In this document: one piece after another, positions 24,343 to 36,897 of the stretch | How positions within the stretch are numbered: position 1 is the stretch's first letter | How the letters are laid out: each line of letters opens with the position of its first letter | Assembly (NCBI RefSeq): GCF_006345805.1 | Contig: NC_043007.1 | Coordinates: forward strand, 29,202,001 to 29,266,000 | Direction of reading: 5' to 3' | Length of the DNA stretch: 64,000 nucleotides | DNA from: Octopus sinensis | Lineage: Eukaryota | Program-made: the position numbers and the translations under genes | The notes under the pieces: generated by a model | What the model was told of the DNA's origin: nothing | Databases searched by the model: none | What the model saw: the letters and a program-made list of their open reading frames with translations, nothing else

Positions 24343-25744
24343 ATATAAATAAATATTCATCCAAAGAGGATGTATTTGTGGCTGTTGCCTCAACCTCTGC
24401 TGCCTTCACTGAGGCTAAGGGTCAACTGTCTTCTTTTCCTTAGACTGCAGACATCTCTCAAGCATTTTCCCTATCCTACTGGGATGAGATTGTCCACTTC
24501 TAATCTTTCCCTCCTCCTGGAATGGATAGAAAATTTATTCTTCTCAAGGAAAGAACTCACCATCAAGGTCATATTCAACTGTTGTTGTGTGATATTCACA
24601 AATGCACTCAACTTTGTTGGGAATGTAAGTGGTGGTGGTGGTGGTGTTGCTGTCGGTCATGCTGGGGTTGCTTGTGTTGTTGTTGTATTTAATTTCTTCA
24701 TATTAATTCTGATATTCATTAATGATTTTCTAGTCATTACTGATGATCATATAAATTTCATCTTCAAGTGTATTCATATCTTCAACAGCAGCTGCCAAGA
24801 GACAAACACTGTCTCTCCTCCTCCTCCTCATCCTCTTTTTGTCTTGTGAACATTATTATTATGCTTTTATTCGGCATTATTTTTAATTGAAATCAAAAAC
24901 CCGTTACCACTAATTCAAAATCAAAAAATTACCGGTCGCCCCCCACCCTATCCATTTTCAAACTCCTGTCAAGAGGGGATGCGGGGTCATATTCAGTGAA
25001 AATTCTCCGAGCTGCAGCTAAGGTTGGTGAGTTGACAATGTTTGTCATGACAATGATGATGATGATAGTTCTAATTTTGTTTAGACACAAGGCCAGCAAT
25101 TGAGGTGCCATAATGATAACAAGACACTCATACCTCGGTACTACAGACTTCAACAGATTTCAGAAGCAGCAGACAAAATCTGGAGTTTGATTTTAAATTA
25201 AAAATGTTGAATTTCCTGTATTATAGTGTATATTTACAGGTGTAAACAGTGTTTATTTACAGGTGTAAACAGTGTATATTTACAGGTGTTTGACACTGTC
25301 AGGTTGGATAGTGGGCTTGATTAAAAGCACAGTACTCTATTTATTCCTCTGTCTTTCGTAATGAAATTGTTGATATTAGCCACTGCTAACATAACCTAAC
25401 CTTAGTGTCATACCTATAGACCATCAGCTTCACTGGACTGATGTTCCCCTCCCTTTTAGTCCGTAGTACCAATGTACATTGTCAACTTGAAAACACCTGA
25501 TTCTCTTGAAACCTTTTCAAAACTGAAGTTTAACAATTTTCGTTCTCCAATTCTGATCTCCTTCCCATATAATCTATCATTGTTAATTATAAATAACACC
25601 CATATTAAAATGACCGGCTGTCTAGGGAAGGAATTTGGAACAGCTCGTATAAAACAAAGCAGTAGTAGTAGTAGCAGTAATAATAATAATAATAATAATA
25701 ACAACAACACCTGCTTACAGGAAATAAAGTACCTGCAGTCCCGT

Positions 25745-26000
25745 CTGACCAAAAGATTGTCCAAAAAGAAGTGGTGAAATTGTCAAAGTACAAAGACCTT
25801 GTAACTGAAGTATTCAAGATGTGGGGCATGAAGGTAAAAACAATACCAGTAATAGTCGGTGCATTGGGCATGATAAAAAACATGAACCAAAACGTAGAAG
25901 CTATACCTGGACCCTCAACACTACACACTATCACAAAACTAACCCTGCTAGGAACAGCCGACACCCTACGCAAGATACTATCCAGTTATACAACCTAAAC
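25745..26000 (+). mobile_element. R4/Dong-like (RLE endonuclease) non-LTR element 3' fragment
   Basis: KLSKYKDLVTEVFKMWGMKVKTIPVIVGALG...LLGTADTLRKIL, typical RLE C-terminus; adjacent to a (TAA)n tract. Confidence 0.8.
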
Positions 26001-26904
26001 AAAACAATCCACAAATACAAGAGACTCTCTATACAGCAATTATCCACTGAAATAAACTTCCACCAGCAAGCTAGGTACCCAACGCATTACATACACAACA
26101 CAATACAAATAGTAACACAGCAATAGAATACACCACACCTAAAATAAAAAGAAGAAAAGAACAGATACAATACCGGAAGAGTTTGTACACTCCCAACAAC
26201 AAAAAAAGAACACACATTACTGTATGCACTCCAGCAGTACGGAAGTGCAGCAGGTGATGCAGTAGAAATTTGCCTGAAACTACCAAATGAATAATAATAA
26301 TAATGTTTTCATCAGGATCCCAAATTTAGAGATGGAGTATAGTTAATTATATCAACTATATTAATTATATTGTGTAGTTAATTATATATATTAACCTCAG
26401 TATTTGGATGGTATTTTAATTTTTGACCAAGCCCTGCTGGATCTGAATTCAGAATGTGAAAGCCAGATCTAAAAGTTCCAAGGTATTTTGTGGTATGTCT
26501 TAAGGAATTTTCCAGCATTTTAGGGGAGAGCTGGATATGGTTTGAGATAGAGATTAGAGAGGAGAGCAAGGCTAAAGAGGATATAAGATATTTGTTTAGA
26601 CATAACCTGAGTAAGCTGTCATTAAAATAACAAGGGAGTGGTTTGCTGAGAAAAAATGGAGGATATTGTGACAATCTGAAAGGACTTAAACACAATGGGA
26701 TGGGTGTGTGTTTGTGTACACAGTGTTAGGAACAACAAATGTAAAAATAACAAAACAAAAAATGATTTGAATAACCAGAGAAAGTGGCGAAAGGTTCAGT
26801 GTATCACAAACAACATTAACTAAAGAATAACTAAAAAAAAAACAACAGAAAAAGCTTGGATAATGGAATGCTTCACACACACACACACACACACACATTA
26901 TTAT

Positions 26905-27048
26905 TATTATTATTAAAATTGCAAAAATATCACAAAAATCTGCTACTCAGAGTTTCACGTTCCCATTTGTTGGACAATTTAGACTAAGAACAGGAATGTG
27001 AAACTCTGAGTAGCAGATTTTTGTGATGTTTTTGCAGCTTTAATAATA
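26905..27048. repeat. Foldback of a Penelope-like tail
   Basis: About 55-bp arms gcaaaaatatcacaaaaatctgctactcagagtttcac / gtgaaactctgagtagcagatttttgtgatgtttttgc with a degenerate hammerhead 3' half GAAAC-tctga-GTA. Confidence 0.7.
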
Positions 27049-27109
27049 AAACATATTACTCTATCTCTGCTATTTTTCGAACCTTGTTTCACATTTATGT
27101 GCTTACTTT

Positions 27110-27154
<45 letters not shown>

Positions 27155-28314
27155 TGACGATGATGATGATGATATATATATATATATGCCAGGCTTTTTT
27201 CAGTTTCCATCTACAAAATCCACTTGCAAGGCTTTGATCAGCATGAGGCTATAATAAGGACACACTTGCCCAAGGTGCCACACAGTGAGACTGAACCCAG
27301 AGCCATGTGGTTGGGAAGCAAGCTTCTTACCACACAGTCAACCTGAACATAAGTGTGTGTGTGTGTGTGTGTGAGTGTATAAGTGACCTTATCAGAGATT
27401 TCACCCAATCGATAGACAGATGTAATGACCTGGTCAAATAAACAGCAAGAATAAACAGATATTCTTGCTGGGAGAGAGAGCCTTCAGAAATTTTCCAAAG
27501 TGAAACCCAAGATTGCTTCCAGGCCCAAAAGATTGGTAGGGAGAGAAATTCAAAGCCACCCCACCCACCTCATGGGTTTTTTTGTTTGTTTGTTTTCGAG
27601 GGAGATATTCACATACCCCTCTTTCACCCTCCGCCCTTTCCAGGCAGATGTACCGGCTGACCTTTTACTCCTTATAGACCCTCCATACAGTACCCCAACA
27701 GAATAATATAACCAAAGATCAAAGTTGTACTGGGTTGACAAGAAACTGTCCAGAAACAATTCCATTCACCAGATTTCTCATCCGTTTTCTATGAAATGTT
27801 AAAAAGTCTCCATGCGTTCCTGTGATGACATTTTTTCACTTTTATCCAGTGGAACCAAGTTGGCAACCAAGTCACAGAATCATTTTCTTTGCAGTCTTTT
27901 ATGAAGAGGGAATAATATGAAGAAGAGTAGTGGCTCCCAGGGCCACACACGGACCTCAAGCATCTTTCTGGCAACCCTTAACAGTCTCTCCTCAATAAAT
28001 GTACTAAATTCTTCTTTAATTGACTTGTTTTACTTTTTTGGTGCAATCCCCTCAAGAAAATCAAAGACTTTGCCATCTTTGTTGGACGTCTTGCCTTCCT
28101 TTCAGGTATAGGTCTACTTTATAGAACTATGTTCTTCCTTTTTGTAAGACAGAAGGTATTTGAGAAATATTTAGCTGCTATTTTTAGCAGCTCGAGTGAA
28201 CGTGTGTGTCTCACCTAGGATCATGACATGAACTGAGCAGATGGATAAGTAAATCTAGGCATAGGTAGAAGCAAATGGCTTGGGTGACATCTTGGTCAAA
28301 TGTTATTTTCTATA

Positions 28315-30340
28315 AATGAGATATTTCGGATTGCTGGACAGTGTGTGAGAGAAAATTGTGAGGTGCTGGGAGAGAAATGCGTCCGCATGGATGATGGTGC
28401 ACTTGCTTTCAATGTTTCTGAAAAGAAAAAGGCTTGGAGAAGCCATTATGAGAGACTGCTGAATGTGGAGAATGAATGGGAGGAAGAGGGCCTGCCAAAT
28501 GTTGACCCAGTAGAGGGACCAGCTATCCGAATAGACAGCTCCCTAGTAGATAAAGCAATTAAGGGTATGAAACCAGGAAAAGCCCCCGGCCCATCAGGAA
28601 TCACTGCTGAGATGCTTAAAACATCTGGTGGTGTGGGCTATGGCCTAGTCACCCGCGTTGTAAACCAGGTAGTTCATAATGGAGTCATACCCAATGACTG
28701 GCATAGCAGCACCATAGTCAACTGCTACAAGGGTAAAGGTGATGCTCTAGATCAGTGGTTTTCAACCAGGGTTCCGCCAGTACAGTCCACGGGTTCCGCA
28801 AGTAGTTACACAAATGCTAAAATCGACAGTAATTTTTAATTCTCCTGTGCAGATATGTGTGCATTAGACAATTAAATTATTGCACAGAGGTTCCTCGAGC
28901 CAGTGAAATGTTTTCTTGGGGTTCCGCTCCAGCAAAAAGGTTGAAAAGCATTGCTCTAGATAGAAATAACTACAGGGGTATTAAACTGTTGGATCAGGTG
29001 ATGGAGGTCACAGAGAGGGTCATAGCCCATTTCATTAGGGAGAGAATTTGCTTAGATGAGATGCAGTTTGGTTTTGTGCCGGGTAGAAGCACCACTGATG
29101 CCATATTCCTGGTTTGACAACTGCAGGAAAAATACCTAGCTAAAGATAAAACCCTCTACTTAGCTTTTATGGACTTGGAGAAAGGCTTTCACAAGGTCCC
29201 CCGATCCCTTATCTGGTGGGCGATGTGGAAACTGGAGATTGACAAGTGGTTAATAAGGGCTGTACAGGCCCTATACAGAGAGGCCATTAGTAAGGTTAGG
29301 ATTGGCAATGAGTATAGTAAAGAATTCCGGGTAGAAGTAGGCGTCCTCCAAGGTTCAACCCTCATTCCCCTTTTATTCATCATAGTCCTCCAGGCAATAA
29401 CAGAGGAATTCAAAACGGGTTGCCCCTGGGAGCTCCTCTATGCTGATGACCTGGCCCTCATAACAGAATCACTACCGGAAAGAAATTTCTGGTGTGGGAG
29501 CTAGGTTTAGAATCAAAAGGCCTTAGAGTCAATGAAGCAAAGACCAAAGTTATAGTAAGTAGGAAGGCAAACACACCACACACCCCTTCATGTAGGTGGT
29601 CCTGCTCGATCTGTAGAAAAGGTGTAAGTAGAAACTCCATAAGATGTACTCAGTGTAAGCTATGGACACATAAGAGGTGCAACAACATCAAAGGAAAATT
29701 AACTGAGAGGATAGCTTTCGGGTGTGGCAGATTGACAGGGGTAATAGAAACCATTGATACTCAGAAAACAGATTCCATTACACTCCTGGAGGAGAAACTA
29801 GAAGTAGTTGATAGTTTCCACTACCTAGGTGACCAAGTTAGTAGTTGGGATGGATGCTCAGAGAGTGTTACCACTAGAATACGAATAGCCTGGGCAAAGT
29901 TTAGAAAGCTTCTACCCCGACTGGTGTGAAAGGTAGATTGTACGACGCATGTGTGCGAACTGCCGTGCTTCATGGTAGTGAAACATGGGCTGTGACTGCG
30001 GAGGACATGTAGGCTTGAAAGAAATGAAGCTAGCATGATCCACTGGATGTGTAATGTCAGTGTGCACACACGACACAGTGTAAGCACCCTGAGAGAAATG
30101 CTGGACATAAGAAGCATCGGATGTGGCATGGTATGGTCATGTACTACGGATGGATGAGGAGAGCTGTGTGAAGAAGTGCCACTCTCAAACAGTTGAAGGA
30201 ATCCGGGGTAGAGGGAAACCCAGGAAGATATGGGATGAGGTGGTGAAGCACAACCTTCAAATGTTGGGTATCACAGAGGCAATGACGAAAGACTGAGACC
30301 TCTGGAGATATGCTGTGACTGCAAAGACCCGACAAATAAT
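28315..30340 (+). mobile_element. RTE-type LINE ORF (RT region), pseudogenised, interrupted by a MITE
   Basis: KAPGPSGITAEMLK, NYRGIKLL, QFGFVPGRSTTDAIF, DLEKGF, GVLQGS, LLYADDL, PHD-like CSIC...CTQC...HKRC, YLGDQVS. Confidence 0.92.
28753..28953. mobile_element. hAT (Charlie-like) MITE, 201 bp, inserted in the RTE ORF
   Basis: TIRs CAGTGGTTTTCAACC / GGTTGAAAAGCATTG; perfect TSD ctctagat at 28745-28752 and 28954-28961; removal restores KGDALDRNNYRG. Confidence 0.92.
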
Positions 30341-30768
30341 GTGTGTCCATGGCTGTTTCCTGCACCAACTTTACATAGCAGCCCCAGCCCATCCAAAGTA
30401 CCTTGGATCACAGGATGGTCTGTTGTGCTTACCTTGGATCGTAGGGTGACCTGCTGTGCTTGAGGAGACCTATTGAGTCAAGTACATCAACATCAAAATA
30501 AAAATCAAATGGAAATTGTAGTTGTGATACCTGTGCAGGTGGCACGTAAAAAGTACCGTCCAAACATGGCCGATACCAGTACCACCTTGACTGGCTTCTG
30601 TGCCGGTGGCACGTAAAAAGCACTAACTGATCGTGGCCATTGCCAGACTCCACCGGTACCTGTACCAGTGGCATGTAAAAAGCACCCACTACACTCGCGG
30701 AGTGGTTGGCGTTAGGAAGGGTGGATTGTAGAATCTGTAGTAATTGCAACTGAAAAATAAGCCATAGG

Positions 30769-31135
30769 AGGCACAGGTGTGGCTGTGAGGTAAGAAGCTT
30801 GCTTCTCAACCACAAGGCTTGGTGCCACTGTGTAGCACCTAGGCCAAGTGTCTCCTACTATGGCCTTAGGCTGATCAAAACCTTGTGAGTTGATTTGGTA
30901 GATGAAAACTGAAAGAAGCCTGTCGTATGTGTGTGTGTCCCTCCAGCACTGCTTGAGAACTGGTTCTGGTGTATTTATATGACTGTAACTTAGCAGTTCA
31001 GCAAAAGACACCAACAGAATAAGCACCAAGCTTACACAAACCAAGTACTGAAGTTGATCCATTTGACTAAAAAAAAACAAAAAAAAAAACACCTCTTCAA
31101 CGTCGTGCTCCAGCATGGCCGCAGTCTAAGAGTGG
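30769..31135 (+). mobile_element. SINE family A (diverged)
   Basis: Head GGCACAGGTGTGGCTGTGAGGTAAG, tail GTGCTCCAGCATGGCCGCAGTC. Confidence 0.75.
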
Positions 31136-33687
31136 AATAAATAAGATAACCACTGATGTTGAGCCTTTCATTAGAAACAGAGCAATTAATTATTAATTAA
31201 CAATGTTTACTTCTACAAATCACACACTACACTGTCCCACACATGTTATTACATTCACGCATCCATACTATCATGCTACACAAGGTCATGCTCGTGTGTG
31301 TGTGTGTGTGTGTGTGTGTGAGGGCATGCATACCTGTAAAACATTCTTCCCCCCCCCATCCTCTCCTATTCCAGTCATGGAGATAAACCCTATGTTTATC
31401 TTTTGTGTTTTCAATCTACCACTCGTAAAGTAGGTCAGACTGGCCAACGCACCTTCTCCTGATCATTCGTTGTGCTAGAGATAGCAGCCTAATTCACTTC
31501 AACTCGAAACTTACAGTCTTAAAATATGAAGGACAAAATAGAAAATGTACTCTTAGGTACACTATGTTTGAATAAACAGACAGGATGTTAAGAGAGGAAA
31601 CTTTTAATCATAAGTGTGCCTGGTCGGGGATAACCTAGGGTTGAACATCCAAAACTAGGACACATTCCTCTATTTTTGATACAGTTTAGTGTATGGGCAG
31701 TGATAGGGGCAATATTAACAAGGGTTTCTTGGAAATCTAAATGAATGTTGTTGATTAGCTCCAGAATAAAACTGATTAAGCAGAACTATGATCAAAAGCT
31801 TTCTAGCCATGACCATCTCTTTTGCTTGGCATAGTGTACCCTATTCTACAATCCAATATGTTCCTTGTTTTGATACTTTTTTACTCTTACACCTGTCTTG
31901 TGTGACAGGTGTAAGAGTAAAAATTTACAGGAAAAGAACAAAAAATTGTTTCACCAAAGGAAACAACCCCTCAATTTCTTGGCCTTTTCCATCGCCATGG
32001 GGTAGGGAATAGGTATTCTGAAAGTCCATTGATTGGAGATTGGAAGCAAGTGTAATAGTAAAAAATTGCACAGCCTCACATTGTGATTTGAGAGCGATTT
32101 AGTTGCTATTTCTAGCAAGTAAAGTAAGCATGTAGAGGTTCCCTATGCAGCTATTAGTCATGGTGCCAATCTAACCATATCTATGATCCTACATTTGGAA
32201 GAAGGGCCCTGTTGGTTTACTCCCAATTTCATAAGTGATACCCATTCTGGATGGAAGACAGGCTAAGTCAACCTTGGCAGAATTTGAAGTTTAATGGACA
32301 CACCACTGTAGTACAACAAGGATTTCTAAAACAGATACAACACCATAAATATATTTGGAGGGGAGGGGTAGCAACCAGTTGTGAGGGATCCTTAAGTAAA
32401 TGATGTGCTTTATCCTTCATCATTCCTAGGTAGACAAACTATGTTGACTCTGGTGGGTTTTGAACCTACAATGGTAGGGGTAAGTCACAATATGTTAAAT
32501 GGTTCTCCATCAATTTGGATGGAGACCCTTGCCATCCATCAATTTGGATGGTGATAATTCCAAGTCATCCAACAGAAAAAGTATTGAGTCAAGCAGAGTC
32601 ACCAGAATGCTGAATATAGAATGACCATGGGTTTTCAGTTCAAATCTCACTGTGGCTCACTCTGCTTTTCATCCCTTCAGGGTCAATGAAACACAACTTG
32701 CAGATGAAGGCCATTTTTCCTTTCATTCTTTGTCAACATCAATAAATTTGAAAGATGTCAACTATTCACATGGCCAACCACACCAGTCCTTTTACTATTA
32801 ACCTGTAGGCAGAACAACCAAATCCTTAAACAAGAGTATCAGTGGTTGAGTATTCCACAGACATTTGTATCCATAATATAATTCTCGGACAGAATAAACT
32901 TAACAAACCCTGGACTCTTTGAATCACAAATCCACTCCATTTGTTGTTGTTCACAGTCTCCTTCACAATGCTCTTGTACAAAATACTTGCCCCCAACTGC
33001 TACAGGATGAGATTGAACCCAGGACTTCATCATCACAAACTTCTTGGCCACTCTGCCATGCCTGTCCACTCCAGGGCAATTCCTGCAACACTCAATCCTA
33101 TCACTGTACAATGCCCCCCTCCCAACCAAAACAATAATTCTTCAGATACCTGATGATGTTTACATTTTTACTCCAAGCAACCTCTCAGGTCCATGCTTAA
33201 AACCCCTAAAACTGGCTTAAAACCCCTAAAACTGATACAAGTTGTTGTCTGGCTCTCTATTAGAGATGACTCTGCAGATTTAGGAAAATACATTCCAACT
33301 GTGACCACCCTAAGGTTATTAATATCCAATATGTTTGTCCTTCCTCTTTTTAAAAGATGTAACTGAGGTTTCAAAATATTTGACTGCCATTTCTGGAAGA
33401 TCAAACAACCATGTAGCTCCCTGCCACCTCTCTCTTAAATTGGCAAAATACTCTGGCAAGGGTTCACTCCCATCCTCAACCCAAATGCTGAAATATTCTG
33501 CGTGGGACGCAATTTCAGGTGACAAATACATATCAAAAGCCCTCCAAACTAACGAGGAAGTCATTAAATGGTCGGCTGACCTGCTAGAAACAGTAGTGAA
33601 ATCTCACAGAAATCACTTTCTACTGCCTAACAAAAAAAAAAAAAAAAGAGAGAGAAAACTACAATGTGGTCACCTTTAAATTTTTTG

Positions 33688-34027
33688 TTTTAGTCAGTTG
33701 ACTGCGGCCATGCTGGAGCTCCACCTTTAGTTGAACAAATCAAGCCCAGGACTTATTCTTTGTAAGCCTAGTACTTATTCTGTCGGTCTTTTATGCCGAA
33801 CCACTAAGTTACTTGGACGTAAACACACCAACATAGCTAATCAAGCGATGATGGGGACAAACACTGACACACACACACATATATATATATACATTTACAA
33901 CAGGCTTCTTTCAGTTTTCGTCTACCAAATCCATTCACAAGGCTTTGGTCGGTCCGAGGCCCTAGGTGCCACGCAGTGGGACTGAACCCGGAACCATGAG
34001 GTTGGTAAGCAAGCTACTCCTGCGCCT
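33688..34027 (-). mobile_element. SINE family A
   Basis: Same modules as 1746-2160 with small deletions. Confidence 0.8.
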
Positions 34028-35136
34028 GGTCATTGGCAGACTTTGTTGGTAGGTCTACCGGATAAGGGACAGCTTAAACTGTTTATACAGACATTATATA
34101 TATACATCTATTTATATGGACAGCAGAGCGACAGGTAAATATAATGGACTGGTTTGTCCACTTTCATCAAAAAGGACATTTGAAATCTGACAGAAATAGC
34201 GACATGTGTATACAGTGTGTGTGTGTGTGTGTGTATATATACATACACACTGTGTATATGTATACTATATGTGAGTGTATAGTAAATATATTGTGTATAT
34301 TTGTGTGTGTTAATAAATGATACGGTATGTAATAAACGGAAGTTTTCTATTGTTAATGAGAAACCCAATCCAACGAAGTTATATCAAAAGTATATTGTGT
34401 TGTGATATCAACATCATTGATAATAATGTTGTATCTACTGGAAAAGAAGACAACGTTACAATATGTGAATAACAGAAAGGCAGAACGAAAGTGTGTCAAT
34501 TCAGAGCAATAATAGTCGCTCCTTACACCTGGCCACCATCACGGCCTCCGTTAACCTCACATTCTTTACAGGTGAATGAATACGTGTGCAGGTGTGTAGT
34601 TAAATTACATATCTGTGTGTCTGTAGTCTACCAATGTGCATACGTGCTATATAACTAACAACTAACTATAGAAAATATCTGAAAGTAAGTTAGGTAAGGT
34701 TTTAGCGAGGCATTTCTGCTTATATATATATATATACACATATATATATACACATACATACACATGGTCCGATTTCAGTGAAGCTGAAGGTAGACTTTTT
34801 AAGGACAGCAAAATACTTTGTTTCTGAAACAAAGCTTAATATGTCAGATTAAGTCACCATGAAACAATAGAGAACGGACAGAGCAAATAGACACGGCATT
34901 ACACTTACTTAGCTCTTTAAACATACATACATACATTATATATATATATATATAATGGAAGAGAGATGGATTGTTTACTTACTTGAGGTCTGTAAATGCG
35001 CTACCGTTAATGAAATTTGAAAAAAGTTTCGTCAGTCAATTTGCCAGAGAGAGGAAGTCTTCGCAGGTGTGAGTGACAGGTGAGGCGGCTGGGATGGGAC
35101 TGGACAGGATTTCGTGTTTGAGGTGGAAGTCAACTG

Positions 35137-35144
35137 TGACGTCA
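35137..35144. promoter_or_regulatory. Full CRE/ATF palindrome in a putative promoter region
   Basis: gTGACGTCAc within a CpG-containing, repeat-free segment, about 150 bp upstream of a strong minus-strand donor (AA|gtaagt at 34983). Confidence 0.35.
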
Positions 35145-35523
35145 CTCCACATTCACTACAACCGACACGCGCAAACAGGTGTGCGTGTGGGTGTATGTGT
35201 GTTTAGTGTTTGAAGAGTTGCGGTCATCACTGAAACATTTTAAAAAGAGTTCAAATTTCAAAGTCCTATGAAACTACTTCTTTTTTATAATTTTTCAGTG
35301 ATGACCGCACCACCCCTCCCCCGTTTCTTATTTTTTCCATTCTACTTCTTAAAAGCGACATCTTTGAAAGGTCACCAGCCCTTTTGAGAAAACGTGTTTA
35401 TTTACAAATATGTTGATAGGTATACAATGGAAAGAAAGGAGAAAGGGAAAAAATGCTTTGTGATGAAATTTCAATGAATTGACCACATCAAATTGAAAAG
35501 AAATCTCTCTCTTTCTCTCAGTT

Positions 35524-35569
<46 letters not shown>

Positions 35570-35753
35570 CCTTATTATTTCTTCTCTTCTTTCTTGATTG
35601 TCCTGAAACCACTCTCTCTGTCTATTTCCCCCTCTTTGCTTTTCCTCCTCTCTCCCCCCCCCCAAAAAAAAAACAAAAACAATATTCTCCCCTTCTAAAC
35701 AAAACAAAAATAAATATCTGATTCATTCATTCAAAAAACTACCTGATTCATAT

Positions 35754-36142
35754 AGGTGCAGGAGTGGCTGTGTGGTAAGTAGCTTACTTCCTAACCACAT
35801 GGTTCCGGATTCAGTGCGTGGCACCTTGGGCAAGTGTCTTCTACTATAGCCTTGGGCCGACCAAAGCCTTGTGAGTGGATTTGATAGATTGAAATTGATA
35901 GAAGCCCGTCATGCATATGTATATGTATATATATATGCATGTGTGTGTATATGTTTGTGTTTCTGTGTTTGTCCCCGCCCCCAACATAGCTTGACAACCG
36001 ATGCTGGTGTGTTTACATCCCCGTAACTCAGTGATTCCGCAAAAGAGACCGATAGAATAAGTACTAGGCTTACAAAGAATAAGTCCTGTGGTCGATGTGC
36101 TTGGCCACAGTCAAATGAGTGAAACAAGTAAAAGAGTAAAGA
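35754..36142 (+). mobile_element. SINE family A
   Basis: GGTGCAGGAGTGGCTGTGTGGTAAG head through CAGTCAAATGAGTGAAACAAGTAAAAGAG tail. Confidence 0.85.
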
Positions 36143-36459
36143 GAACAACGAAATGTTCTGTTTTTCCTGTTTTGATTTTGATTTTGTCTTGAAAAACAAA
36201 CAAAAGTGTTAAAGACTTATCCAAAATTCTGACAGCCTCCTCTTTCTCAATATATATATATCTGACTAGCTGGCCCCGTGCTGTCAAAAAGTTCTTGCGG
36301 GATTTTTAATTTTGGTTTTAAATGATGTATTTTCAAATTAATTTTCGTTAAATTACTTTGACTTCATATATCATTTTAAAGCCCGTTTTTTTGCTCTATC
36401 TAATTGTGTTACACTTTTTCTTTTTCAATAATTAGGCCATTTTTTTTCCATAACGTTGT

Positions 36460-36461
36460 AT

Positions 36462-36494
<33 letters not shown>

Positions 36495-36585
36495 TATATA
36501 TATTATATATATATATATAGATATATATATATATATATATATATTATATAATATATATATAATATATATATATATATAATATATA

Positions 36586-36631
<46 letters not shown>

Positions 36632-36635
36632 ATAT

Positions 36636-36682
<47 letters not shown>

Positions 36683-36757
36683 TTATATATATATATGTAT
36701 TATATATATATATGTATTATATATATGTATATATATATGTATATATATATGTATATA

Positions 36758-36800
<43 letters not shown>

Positions 36801-36897
36801 TATATATATATATATATATATATGTTATTATATATATATGTATATATGTATATATATATATATATATACTAATCTATATATATATATATATATATAT
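36460..36897. repeat. Degenerate (TA)n array, about 440 bp
   Basis: Almost pure A/T alternation; matched by a similar array at 39930-40500. Confidence 0.95.

Noticed and set aside
27500-28130. Possible L1/Tx1 3' remnant on minus strand
   Set aside because: Similarity too weak to support without a profile search
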